DNA from: an uncultured Chloroflexia bacterium
GTDB taxonomy: Bacteria > Chloroflexota > Limnocylindria > Limnocylindrales > CSP1-4
DNA: 64,000 nucleotides
Assembly: GCA_963809375.1 (NCBI GenBank)
Contig: CAWEJO010000010.1
Location: forward strand, 325,850 to 389,849
Reading direction: 5' to 3'
Shown here piece by piece: positions 15,752-25,527 of the stretch (within the stretch, counting starts at the first letter, position 1; every line of letters starts with the position of its first letter). A program made the position numbers and the translations under genes. Below the pieces are notes generated by a model that worked only from the letters and a program-made list of their open reading frames with translations, had not been told where the DNA came from and did no database searches.

Positions 15752-16627
15752 ATGAGCCGCCTTGTCGCGTCCCTCCACGGACTGCGCGCGCTCGTCGCCC
15801 AGTCGCAGCGTCCCGCCGGACTCCGCCCAGCCGAGACCGCCGCGATCCTGGAGATCAGCCACTCCAGCGCCGAGCGGGCGTTGGCCGTGCTCGAGGACGA
15901 CGGGTTCGTCGCCCGCCGCGGCCCGCGGTTCGTCCTGGAGGCAGACGCGCGCAGCGCCGCGGCCGTCCGATTCGCGCTCGCGACGCTCCTTCCGATCGAT
16001 GCGCTCGGGGTCATCGCCCGGGCCAACCCCGCCGTCGAATTCGCGGGGAGCGATGGCGAGGGGACCGTCCTCGTGGTCCGCCGTTTCGCGCAGGTGTCCG
16101 ACGAGGCGGCCCTCCTCCGCACCGTCGACGCACTCCGCGACCTGCGTCCCGGCCTCGCCGTCGTGCTCCTCGACAAGTCGAGCCTGCGTGAGCGCCTGCT
16201 CGACGACACGCGCCCGCGCGAACGCGCGCTCGGGATGCACGTACTGGCGGGCTCGGTCGACCGCTCGTTCCCGGACCGGACGCGCCACGGCGACGAGGGA
16301 GCCGCGCTCCTGCGGCGCCTTCACGACGGCGTCGCGATCCCCAGCGGGCGGCGCCTGCGTGCCCTCGCGCGCCGGCACGCCCTGCGCCGGGTCGTGGCCT
16401 TCGGCTCGGCCACGCGGGCCGACTTCCGGCCGGACTCGGACCTGGACCTCATGGTCGAGCCGGCGCCGGGTCGATCGTTCGGACTCCGCCAGCGGGTCGA
16501 TCTCCTCGCCGACGCCGAGACGCTGTTCGGGCGTGACGTCGACATCGTGGCCGCAGGGGACGTCCACCCCCCGCTCGCCGAGCGGATCGCCCGCGAGGGC
16601 GTGGTCCTGCATGGACCCGCGGCATAG
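15752..16627 (+). CDS. MntA-type nucleotidyltransferase antitoxin with a long N-terminal wHTH-containing extension
   Basis: C-terminal minimal-NTase motif AFGSATRADFRPDSDLDLMVE. N-terminal AETAAILEISHSSAERALAVLEDDGFV looks like a wHTH. 291 aa. Confidence 0.8.
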   Translation: MSRLVASLHGLRALVAQSQRPAGLRPAETAAILEISHSSAERALAVLEDDGFVARRGPRFVLEADARSAAAVRFALATLLPIDALGVIARANPAVEFAGSDGEGTVLVVRRFAQVSDEAALLRTVDALRDLRPGLAVVLLDKSSLRERLLDDTRPRERALGMHVLAGSVDRSFPDRTRHGDEGAALLRRLHDGVAIPSGRRLRALARRHALRRVVAFGSATRADFRPDSDLDLMVEPAPGRSFGLRQRVDLLADAETLFGRDVDIVAAGDVHPPLAERIAREGVVLHGPAA

Positions 16628-16943
16628 GCGCGCGCTCGAGGCGATCCTCGAGCACGCCGCGAGGATCGAGTCCTACCTCGCCACGGCCGGACCCGGCTGG
16701 GCGGGCAACGAGATGGCGGTGGACGCGATCGCGAAGCGCCTCGAGGAGGTGGGCGAGCAGGCGAAGCTCCTCTCGCCCGACGTCCTGCTGGCGATGCCTG
16801 ACGTCGACTGGCGCGGCCTCAAGGCCATGCGCGACTTCCTCGCCCACAGCTACCCGGCCGTGGTGGTCGGGATCATCTCGTCCACGCTCGACGACGACCT
16901 CCCCGTCCTCGTCGCGGCGGTTCGACGGTACCTCGCGTCGTGA
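16611..16943 (+). CDS. HepT-type HEPN (DUF86) toxin
   Basis: ATG 16611 overlaps the antitoxin by 17 nt. Rx4H motif in MRDFLAHSY. About 110 aa. Confidence 0.85.
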   Translation: MDPRHRRALEAILEHAARIESYLATAGPGWAGNEMAVDAIAKRLEEVGEQAKLLSPDVLLAMPDVDWRGLKAMRDFLAHSYPAVVVGIISSTLDDDLPVLVAAVRRYLAS

Positions 16944-17019
16944 TCGGCTCGACGGGCCGGCCGCCGGCTCTGCGCCTGCCACAAATCGGACCGTCGACCG
17001 AACCCTGTCACCTGAAAGG

Positions 17020-17778
17020 ATGACCCGCATGCTCGATCTCACCGGCAAGGTCGCCATCGTCACCGGCGGCTCGCGCGGCATCGGCCGGGCCGTCTCGCTC
17101 ATGCTGGGCCGCCAGGGTGCCGACGTCGCCTTCCTCGATCGCGCCGCCTGCCTGCTCGACGACCACACCCAGAAGGACGTCGAGGCGCTCGGCCGCCGCT
17201 CGGTCTGCATCGGCGGCGACGTCACCGACCCGGCCTCGTGCGCCGAGCTCGTCGAGGAGACTCTCAAGGAGTTCGGCCGGATCGACATCGTCGTCAACAA
17301 CGCCGGCATCACCCGCGACGACCTGGCCATGCGGATGTCGGACCAGGCCTGGGCCGACGTCATCAACGTCAACCTGACCGGGGCGTTCTACATGGCCCGG
17401 GCGGCCCTGCGCCCGATGCTCAAGCAGCGCTCGGGACGGATCATCAACATGTCGAGCGTGTCGGGCCAGATGGGCAACGCCGGCCAGGCGAACTACTCGG
17501 CCTCGAAGGCGGGCCTGATCGGCCTGACCAAGGCGCTCGCCCGCGAGGTCGCGTCACGGGGGATCACCGTGAACGCGGTCGCGCCCGGGTTCGTCGTCAC
17601 CGAGCTCACCGACGGCCTCCCCGCGAACGTCAAGGACGCGATCAAGGCGGCGACGCCGCTCGGCCGGTTCGCCACCCCCGACGAGATCGCCGCGGCCGTC
17701 ACCTTCCTCGCCTCGGACGAGGCCGGCTACATCACGGGCCAGGTCCTGGGCGTCGACGGCGGCCTGGCGATGATGTAG
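17020..17778 (+). CDS. fabG: 3-oxoacyl-ACP reductase
   Basis: SDR motifs TGGSRGIG, NNAG and YSASKAG. 252 aa. Confidence 0.92.
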   Translation: MTRMLDLTGKVAIVTGGSRGIGRAVSLMLGRQGADVAFLDRAACLLDDHTQKDVEALGRRSVCIGGDVTDPASCAELVEETLKEFGRIDIVVNNAGITRDDLAMRMSDQAWADVINVNLTGAFYMARAALRPMLKQRSGRIINMSSVSGQMGNAGQANYSASKAGLIGLTKALAREVASRGITVNAVAPGFVVTELTDGLPANVKDAIKAATPLGRFATPDEIAAAVTFLASDEAGYITGQVLGVDGGLAMM

Positions 17779-17805
17779 GATCGCAGCGGCGCTCGCGGAC
17801 TCGCT

Positions 17806-19184
17806 CTACGAGACTCCCACGACCGGGACCGTGCGACTGGCCTCGGGCGGAGCGTCCTTCGGGCCGGGCTGCTCGTCGCGGCGGCGGTCCGGGCGCCCGA
17901 GGCACTCGACGCGGAGACCCGCCGCACGGGCGGCGGCCGCTGGCACCACGCCGCGCGTGTCGAAGACGAGGTTCCCGCGCATCGCCGCAGCGACGCCGGC
18001 CCAGTCGAGATCGGCGTATTCCGCCCACTCGGTGGCGACGACGCTGCGTCGGCGGCGCGGAGCGCCTCGAGCGCAGACGAAGCGATCGTCAGGTCCGGAT
18101 CCGCGAGGCGTGCGCGCGCCTCCGCCCGCGGATCGTGGGCGACCACCAGGGCTCCGGCCTCGCGGAGGCGGGCGGCGAGGGCAAGCGCGGGCGATTGTCG
18201 CACGTCGTCCGTGTTGGCCTTGAACGCCAGGCCGAGCAGGCCGATCCGGCGCCCGACGAGCGCGCCCGGCCCACCGAGCAGCGCGTCGAGCCGGGCGACG
18301 ATCTCGCGCTGGTGGATCGCGTTGGAGCGATGGACGGCCGACAGCAGCGGCGCGTCAACCCCCAGCGCCGCCGTCTGCTGCGCGATTGCGACAGCCTGTT
18401 CGGGCAGGCACGAGCCGCCGAGCCCGGGTCCCGGGCGCATGAACGACGATCCGATGCGGGCGTCGAGGCCGATCCCCGCGATCACCTCGGCGACGTCCGC
18501 ACCGGTCGCGTCGGCGAGCCGGGCGAGCTCGTTCGCGAACTGGACCTTCATCCCGAGGAAGACATTCGAGCCGAGCTTGATGAGCGCCACGGACCGGGCG
18601 TCCGCCAGCATCGAGGGCGCCCCGAGCGGCGCATAGAGGTCGACGACGGCCTGCGCCGCGGCGGCGTCGCGCGGCGTGAGCCAGCCCGTGACGACCCGGT
18701 TCGGATGGTCGAAGTCCTCGAGCGCCTGGCCTTCGCGCATGAACTCGGGGTTGGTCACGATCGCGGCCCGCGACGTCACGCCGGCGGCGAGGGCGGCGAG
18801 GCGCCCGGGGCCATCGAGCGGCAGCGTCGAGCGGATGACGATCGTATGCTCGGCTCCGACCCGCGTCAGCAGCCGGGCCAGGGCGGCCTCCACGTGCACC
18901 GTCGAGAGGGGTCCGTCCGGCCCGGCCGGGGTGTTCACGCAGACGAACGTGTAGCGGGCCTCGGGTGGCGGATCGAGGTCCGTCGTGAAGCTCAGCCTGC
19001 CGTCGGCGCAGGTGGCCGCGATCGCCTCGTCCAGGCCGGGCTCGTAGACCGGCGCCCGGCCGCCGCGCAGGCTGCCGATCCGGCCGGCGTCGAGGTCGGC
19101 GACGGTGACGCGGTGGCCGAGCCGGGCGAACCCGACCGCTGTGACGAGGCCCGCGTGGCCGGCACCGACGACGAAGAGATGCAC
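17806..19184 (-). CDS. UDP-glucose/GDP-mannose dehydrogenase family protein; frame broken near 18042-18047
   Basis: GTG 19184 sits behind GGAGGA. Motifs VVGAGHAGL and GGSCLPEQ are in the first frame; the tail VVATEWAEYADLDW..FDTRG, ending at 17806, is in another frame. Confidence 0.85.
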
Positions 19185-19314
19185 CTGGCGCGATCCTCCG
19201 ATGGCCGCAGGATTCTGGAGCGAGATCGAACGGTAGCATGCACGACCGGCCCATCGGGGCGACCGCCTGCCGGCGAGGGCCGCCAGCCGCATCCCATCCA
19301 CTACACTCGCCGGC

Positions 19315-20727
19315 GTGCCGAACGAGGTTGTCCCCCAGCGCTGCGTGATCGTCCTGCCGTCGACGGGTGAGTTCGACTCGCGGACCTACCGCACCGCGCG
19401 GACGCTCCACGAGCGCGGCCACGAAGTCACCGTGCTGGCCCGCTGGAAGCCCGGCCTGGCACGCCGGGAGGTCCACCCGGCCGGGTATCCGATCATCCGC
19501 CTCGAGGCAACCGCCGTCGACGGCCTCCCACTGCCCGCGTTGACGCTGCCGATCCTTCGCGCATTGCGGCTCCCGGCCGGTCCGGTCTCGAACCAGGCCG
19601 CGGGAAGCCCGCCATCCGGCGGCGCCACAGCCGGTCGTGAACCCTCGTCCGCCCCGGACGACCCGACCGGCGACGACCGGGGGAACGGGGTCGACGATAC
19701 CGATCCGGGCTGGGCCCATCCCGCCGCCCGTGATCGAGGCCGGCTGCACGGCTACGTCCGGCGTGCCCGGATCTTCCTCATGATCCGCAGCCATCGCCGT
19801 CGCGCCCTGGCGGCCGCACCGCCGGCAGACCTCTACCACGGCATGGCCTACATGGGCATCCCTGTCGCGCTCGCCCTCGCGAGGCGGCACGGGGCACGGG
19901 TCGTCTACGACTCGCGCGACATCTACATGGTCGCGGCCAACCTCGCGCGCCTGCGCGGCCCGATCAAGGCCGTCCCCGCCCGGCTCGAGCGCGGCTGGGC
20001 CCGTGGCGCCGACCGGGTCATCACCGTCAACCAGCCGTATGCCACGGAGCTGGCTCGGCGCTTCGGGGTCAGGATGCCGGTCGTCGTCATGAACTGCTCG
20101 TACCGGTTCACGCCGCCCGACCCGCGGCCGCGCCGCTTCCACGAGCGACTGGGCCTGGAGCCACAGACGCGGGTGGTCCTCTACCAGGGAGGCTTCTCCG
20201 TGGGACGCGGCGTGGAGCAGCTCATGGAGGCGATCCGGCTCGTCCCTGGTGCGGTCCTGGTGGTGATGGGCTACGGCGCGCTCGAGGCCGACTTCCGGGC
20301 GCGTGCGCAGCTGCCGGAGAACACCGGCAGGGTCCACGTGCTGCCGGCCGTCCCGCCGACGGAGCTGCTGGACTGGGTTGCGTCCGCAGACGCGGTCGGC
20401 GTGCTCTTCCAGCACGACACGCTGAACAACTACCTCTCGACACCGAACAAGTTCCTCGAGGCGATGGCCGCCGGCGTCCCGACCGTCTGCTCCGACCACC
20501 CGGGGATGGGCCCGATCGCGCGCGAGACCGGCTGCGGCATCCCGGTCGATCCGGCCGATGTCCCGGCGATTGCCGCCGCGATCCGGGCGATCGTCGACGC
20601 GCCGCCGGCCGAACGATCCGCCATGCGCGCGCGCGCGCTGGCGGCGGCCCACGAGACGTACAGCTGGGAGTCGCAGGTCCAGGCCCTGCTCGAGGAGTAC
20701 ACCCGGCTGACCGGCCGCCGCTGGTGA
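19315..20727 (+). CDS. Glycosyltransferase family 4 (GT-B)
   Basis: C-terminal GT4 pattern PNKFLEAMAAGVP. Start is GTG 19315 or GTG 19345. Confidence 0.85.
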   Translation: MPNEVVPQRCVIVLPSTGEFDSRTYRTARTLHERGHEVTVLARWKPGLARREVHPAGYPIIRLEATAVDGLPLPALTLPILRALRLPAGPVSNQAAGSPPSGGATAGREPSSAPDDPTGDDRGNGVDDTDPGWAHPAARDRGRLHGYVRRARIFLMIRSHRRRALAAAPPADLYHGMAYMGIPVALALARRHGARVVYDSRDIYMVAANLARLRGPIKAVPARLERGWARGADRVITVNQPYATELARRFGVRMPVVVMNCSYRFTPPDPRPRRFHERLGLEPQTRVVLYQGGFSVGRGVEQLMEAIRLVPGAVLVVMGYGALEADFRARAQLPENTGRVHVLPAVPPTELLDWVASADAVGVLFQHDTLNNYLSTPNKFLEAMAAGVPTVCSDHPGMGPIARETGCGIPVDPADVPAIAAAIRAIVDAPPAERSAMRARALAAAHETYSWESQVQALLEEYTRLTGRRW

Positions 20728-20735
20728 GCCCGGCT

Positions 20736-20753
20736 CCGCCCGCGGTCGGGCGG
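20736..20753. terminator. Hairpin between convergent genes
   Basis: CCGCCCG-cggt-CGGGCGG: 7-bp stem, 4-nt loop, no U-tract. Confidence 0.3.
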
Positions 20754-20786
20754 TAGCCTGTCCGCGGCGCAATCGGCCGTGCGGGT

Positions 20787-21923
20787 TCAGCCCCCGGCTC
20801 GCTCCGCCGGCGCCCCCGCCTCCTCGAGCGTCCGGCTGATCGCCTCGGCCGCCCCGGCCGGGGCGAGATCGAGGCTGCTCGCGCGCTCGGCGGCGATCGC
20901 CGCCGTCTCGCCCGGAGGCGCCAGGCGGGCAAGCTCGGCGGCCGCCCGCCCAGGGTCGAGGCCGACGACGACCATTCGGCCGCCAGACTCGGCGACCGCC
21001 TCGATCCACTCGGTCCGGTCGCGCAGGACCAGGCACGGGGTCCGCAGCCAGGCCGCCTCGCGCTGGACGCCGCCCGAGTCGGTCAGCACCGCGGCCGCGT
21101 GCAGCTGGAGCGCGAGCGTCGTGCGGTATCCCTGGGGCGGGACGACCCGCACGTCCCCGCCGAGGCCGATGCCCGCGGCGTCGAGCGCGGCCGCCGTCCC
21201 GGGGTGGAGCGCGAGCACCACCGGACGGTCGGGCCGGGCAGCCGCCTGCATCAGGCGGGTCCAGGCGAGGAGGGCCTCCGGCTCGCGGTTCTCGGCCCGG
21301 TGGACGGTGGCGAAGAGGTAGCCCCCCGGGGTGAGCGGCAGGCCGAGCCGCTCGCCGATCGGGCCGAGAACGCCAGGGTCGCGCACGTCGGCGACGAGCC
21401 GCGCGGCGAGGTCCTGCATCAGGTCGCCGACCTCGACCACGCCGTCCCGGATCCCCTCGGCGGCAAGGTTCGCGACGGCGGCCGGGGTCGGCGCGAAGCA
21501 CCAGCGCGCGAGGTGATCGGTCACGACCCGGTTGATCTCCTCGGGCATCCGCCGGTCGAAGCTGCGCAGCCCGGCTTCGACGTGGGCGACGGGGATCCCG
21601 AGCTTCGCGCCCGCGAGCGCGCCCGCGAGCGTGGAGTTCGTGTCGCCGTAGACAAGCACGGCGTCGGGCCGCTCCCCGAGCAGGATCGGCTCCAGGCCGA
21701 GCAGCATGCCAGCCGCCTGGAGCGCGTGCGAGCCGCCGCCGACGCCCAGCGCGTGGTCGGGCCGCGGCAGGCCGAGCTCGCCGAAGAAGCTCCCCGCCAT
21801 CGCCTCGTCCCAGTGCTGGCCCGTGTCGACGAAGACCTCGTGGTGGCGGGCCCGCAGGGCGGGGATCAGGGCGGCGGCCTTGATCAGCTGCGGGCGGGTG
21901 CCGACGACGCTGACGACGCGCAC
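20787..21923 (-). CDS. UDP-N-acetylglucosamine 2-epimerase family (WecB/WbpI-like)
   Basis: 378-aa intact ORF. Motifs VGTRPQLIK, DTGQH, GDTNSTL, HVEAGLRS. Confidence 0.9.
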   Translation of the reverse strand: MRVVSVVGTRPQLIKAAALIPALRARHHEVFVDTGQHWDEAMAGSFFGELGLPRPDHALGVGGGSHALQAAGMLLGLEPILLGERPDAVLVYGDTNSTLAGALAGAKLGIPVAHVEAGLRSFDRRMPEEINRVVTDHLARWCFAPTPAAVANLAAEGIRDGVVEVGDLMQDLAARLVADVRDPGVLGPIGERLGLPLTPGGYLFATVHRAENREPEALLAWTRLMQAAARPDRPVVLALHPGTAAALDAAGIGLGGDVRVVPPQGYRTTLALQLHAAAVLTDSGGVQREAAWLRTPCLVLRDRTEWIEAVAESGGRMVVVGLDPGRAAAELARLAPPGETAAIAAERASSLDLAPAGAAEAISRTLEEAGAPAERAGG

Positions 21924-21950
21924 GGGCGATGGCTGCAGGCGGCGGCGCGC

Positions 21951-23386
21951 CTAGGCGCCGCGGACCCCGCGCGTGGCGGCCTGGACGCCCACGCCCATGT
22001 ACGCCACGCCCGCCGGGAGCGGCAGGGCCCGGAGGCTGTTGCGGCCGTCATAGACGGCCCGCAGCTCCGGGAACCACCCCGGATCGAGCCCGGCGAACGA
22101 GCGGTCGGCGGTCTGGGAGATGACGGCCCGGAACGGGCCCGACCTCGCCCCAGTGCCACGGGCGGGCACCGAGCCGCTCGACCTCCGCGTCGGAGAGCAG
22201 CGGGTCGTACGCGGCGACCTCGGCGCCGGCCGCGGCGAGCGCCGGGATGAGCCGCCGCGCGACCGAGTAGGCGAGCTCGTTGACGCCTTCGCGATAGGTC
22301 AGGCCGAGGACCAGCACCGGCGCGCCCGCCAGGCCGCCGGCCGGCGCCAGCGCCGCGTCGACCGCGGCGACCGCGCGGTCGACCTGGGCGTCGTTCACCC
22401 GGCGCGACGTCTCGATGACCGCCAGCCCGGGCGCGCGAGCCAGCAGGAGGTGCGGGTAGACCGGGATGCAGTGGCCGCCGACGCCGATCCCCGGCTGGTG
22501 GATGTGGGAGTAGGGCTGGCTGTTCGCCGCGGCGATGACCTCCTGCGACGTCGATGCCGTGCTGGTCGGCCGCCCGGGCGAACTCGTTGGCGAGCGCGAT
22601 GTTGACGTCGCGGTAGGTCGTGTCGGCGAGCTTGCTGAACTCGGCCGCCTCCGACGAGGACATGGCCACGACCTCGGCGTCGAGGACGCTGGCGTAGAAC
22701 CTCGCGGCCCGCTCGGTCGACGCCGGGCCGATCCCGCCGACGAGCTTCGGATAGGCGGCCAGGTTCTCCAGCACCGCACCCGAGAAGAGGCGCTCCGGCG
22801 AGAAGGCCACGAAGAAGTCGCGGTCGGCGACCAGGCCGCTCGCGGCCTCGAGGGCCGGCGCGAAGCGCCGGCGGGTGTCGCCGATCGGCAGGGTCGTCTC
22901 GAAGATGACCGTGCTCCCGGCGTGGACGCCGGGCGCGATCGACGCAACCGCCGGATCCATGTACCGGTAGTCGGGCCGGTGCTCCGCGTCGAGCATCACC
23001 GGCACGATGAGCACCACGACGTCAGCCGCGGCGGCGGCCTCCGCCGCGTCGAGGGTGGCCCGCAGCCGGCCCTGGGCGTGGACGCGGGCGACGAGGTCGG
23101 CCAGGCCGGGCTCCTCCTCGACGTGGGAGTGGCCGGCGTTGATGGCCGCGACCACGGCCGGGTTGATGTCGACCGCGATGACGTCCCAGCCGTGGGTGGC
23201 GAACTGGGTCGCCAGCGGCAGGCCCATCTTGCCGGCGCCGACCACGGCGACGGTGCCGGCGGTCCCCTCCTCCGCGGCCCAGGGGCGGGCCGGGCGAGCG
23301 GGCGCGTGCGCGCAGGGCGCTGCCGCGACGTGGATCGAGCCGCCGAGCATCGAGGCGCCGACCGAGGGGCGAGTGACGATGCTCAT
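21951..23386 (-). CDS. UDP-N-acetyl-hexosamine 6-dehydrogenase (WbpA/WecC-like); two frame breaks (about 22546 and 22140)
   Basis: VAVVGAGKMGLP in the first frame, PGIGVGGHCIPVYP in the second, and the tail AVISQTADRSF ending at 21951 in the third. The ATG overlaps the upstream stop. Confidence 0.85.
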
Positions 23387-24408
23387 GCCGTCGGCTGCTC
23401 CACGGCGGGGTCCGCGAGCTCGACCGGGCGCGCCTCGGCTGCCGACAGGAGCAGCGCGTTCGCGATCGTGACGGCCCACAGCCCGTCCTCGCCGTCCACG
23501 TACGGGCGCTCGCCGGATTCGACGGCCCGGACGAACGCGTCGAGCTGGGCCTTGAGCGGCTCGTGGGTCTGGACCGGGATCTCGGCGACATCGCCGGCGA
23601 ACGTCGGCGCATAGCCGGCGATCAGCTCCGGGTGGGCGAGGTCCGAGCGGGTGAACGTCAGGCGCTGGGTGAGGTAGTCGAGCTCGAACATCCCCTCCTC
23701 GCCGATCACGACGAGCTGGCGCCGCTTGGCGGGGGTCAGCCAGTTGACGTCGAGCATCCCCCGCGCCCCCGACGGGAAGTGGAGGAGGCCGAACAGCAGG
23801 TCCTCGTGCGACGCGTGCTTGCGCTGGGCGAGCTCCGCGAAGACGCGCGTCGGCCGCTCCGAGGCGACCCAGCTCAGCATGTCGGCATCGTGGGTGGCGA
23901 GGTCGACCGTGACGCCCACGTCGCGGATCCGGGCGGGGAACGGGCCGGCCCGCCGGCTCAGGATCGCGTAGATCGTGGCGAGCCAGCCCGCGCGCAGGAG
24001 CCGCCCGAGCTCGAGGACGGCCGGGTTGTAGCGCTCGACGTGGCCCACCTGGATCGGCACGCCGCGCTCGCGGCCGGCGCGCACGATCGAGAGCGCCTCC
24101 TCCGTGGTCGCGGCGAGGGGCTTCTCGACGAGGACCGGGATGCCCCGCGCGATCGCCGCGTGGGCGAGGTCGGGGTGCATCATCGTCGGCGCCGCGATCA
24201 CGAACGCGTCGACCTCCGCCTCGCGCACCATCGCCAGCGGGTCGGCATACCCGGCCGCGCCGGTCTGGGAGGTCGCGGCCGCGAGGGCGGCCGGATCGGG
24301 ATCGCCGACCGCGCCGAGCTCGGTCCCCGGGTGGGCGGCGATGACCCGCAGGTGATTGCGGCCCATCGACCCGACGCCGGCGAGGCCGATCCGGAGCCGC
24401 GCGCCCAT
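23383..24408 (-). CDS. Gfo/Idh/MocA family oxidoreductase (WbpB-like)
   Basis: Motifs IGLAGVGSMGRNH and VLVEKPLA. Start and stop overlap both neighbours. Confidence 0.85.
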   Translation of the reverse strand: MGARLRIGLAGVGSMGRNHLRVIAAHPGTELGAVGDPDPAALAAATSQTGAAGYADPLAMVREAEVDAFVIAAPTMMHPDLAHAAIARGIPVLVEKPLAATTEEALSIVRAGRERGVPIQVGHVERYNPAVLELGRLLRAGWLATIYAILSRRAGPFPARIRDVGVTVDLATHDADMLSWVASERPTRVFAELAQRKHASHEDLLFGLLHFPSGARGMLDVNWLTPAKRRQLVVIGEEGMFELDYLTQRLTFTRSDLAHPELIAGYAPTFAGDVAEIPVQTHEPLKAQLDAFVRAVESGERPYVDGEDGLWAVTIANALLLSAAEARPVELADPAVEQPTA

Positions 24409-25514
24409 CAGGCGCCCGCCCCTGCGGCCGCGGCCGGCGTGGCGACCTCGCGGACGGCGACGACGATCGTCGCCAGGTCGTCCTGGGACAGCCGGGGGTG
24501 GACCGGGATCGCGAGGACCTCGTCGGACAGGCGGTTGGTGACCGGCAGGTCGAGGTCTGCTGCGCCCGGCACGTAGCGCTGGAGGTAGGCCTGCTTGTGG
24601 ATCGGCACGGGGTAGTAGATCAGAGTGCCGACGCCGCGCGCCGTCAGCCCGTCGATGACGGCCTGGCGCTCGCCGGGGAAGCGCATGACGTACTGATGCC
24701 AGACGTGCTCGCGGCCCGCCGGGACGCTCGGCGTCAGGTAGCCCGCCAGGTGCTCGGTGAGGTAGGCGGCGTTGCGCCGCCGGGTCTCGGTCCGCTCGTC
24801 GAGGCGGGGCAGCTGGGCGAGGCCGATGGCGGCCACCAGGTCGGACGGCTTGTAGTTCGTCCCGAGCTCGTCGTGGTAGTAGCGGACCCGCATCCCGTGG
24901 TTGCGGAAGAGCCGGATCCGGTCGGCGACGTCGTCGTCGTCCGTGGTCGCGAATCCGCCCTCGCCGGTCATCAGGTTCTTGGTGGCATACAGGCTGAACA
25001 TGGCCGGGCCGAACTGGCCGGCGCGGCGGCCGTGATAGCGGGCGCCATGGGCCTGGGCCGCGTCCTCGATGATCAGCAGACCGTGGCGCCTGGCGATCTC
25101 CTCGAGCGGGCCCATGTCGGCCATCAGGCCGTACAGGTGGACCGGCATGATCGCCTTCGTCCGGGGCGTGATCGCGGCCTCGACCAGGTCGGGGTCGAGG
25201 TTGAAGTCGTCGGCCCGGATGTCGACGAAGACCGGCGTCGCGCCGGCCCGCAGGATGACGCTGACCGTGGCGTTGAAGCTGAAGGAGACGGTGATGACCT
25301 CGTCGCCGGGCCCGATGCCGAGGCCGTGCAGGACGGCTTCCTGGGCGACCGTCCCGTTCGACATCATGATCGCGTGCTTCACGCCGCAGTAGGCGGCCCA
25401 CGCCTCCTCGAAGGCGGCCGTCTTCCTGCCCATGGCGAGCATGCCGGAGCGGAGGACCTCGAGGACGGCCTCCTCCTCGGCGGGGCCGATGTCGGGCCTG
25501 GAGATCGGGATCAA
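24408..25514 (-). CDS. DegT/DnrJ/EryC1/StrS aminotransferase (WbpE-like)
   Basis: TTG 25514 sits behind GGAGG. The longer ORF-track N-terminus overlaps the acetyltransferase and was discarded. Motifs AIMMSNGT and FSLYATKNLMTGEGG. Confidence 0.88.
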   Translation of the reverse strand: MIPISRPDIGPAEEEAVLEVLRSGMLAMGRKTAAFEEAWAAYCGVKHAIMMSNGTVAQEAVLHGLGIGPGDEVITVSFSFNATVSVILRAGATPVFVDIRADDFNLDPDLVEAAITPRTKAIMPVHLYGLMADMGPLEEIARRHGLLIIEDAAQAHGARYHGRRAGQFGPAMFSLYATKNLMTGEGGFATTDDDDVADRIRLFRNHGMRVRYYHDELGTNYKPSDLVAAIGLAQLPRLDERTETRRRNAAYLTEHLAGYLTPSVPAGREHVWHQYVMRFPGERQAVIDGLTARGVGTLIYYPVPIHKQAYLQRYVPGAADLDLPVTNRLSDEVLAIPVHPRLSQDDLATIVVAVREVATPAAAAGAGA

Positions 25515-25527
25515 CGGGTGCCTCCGT

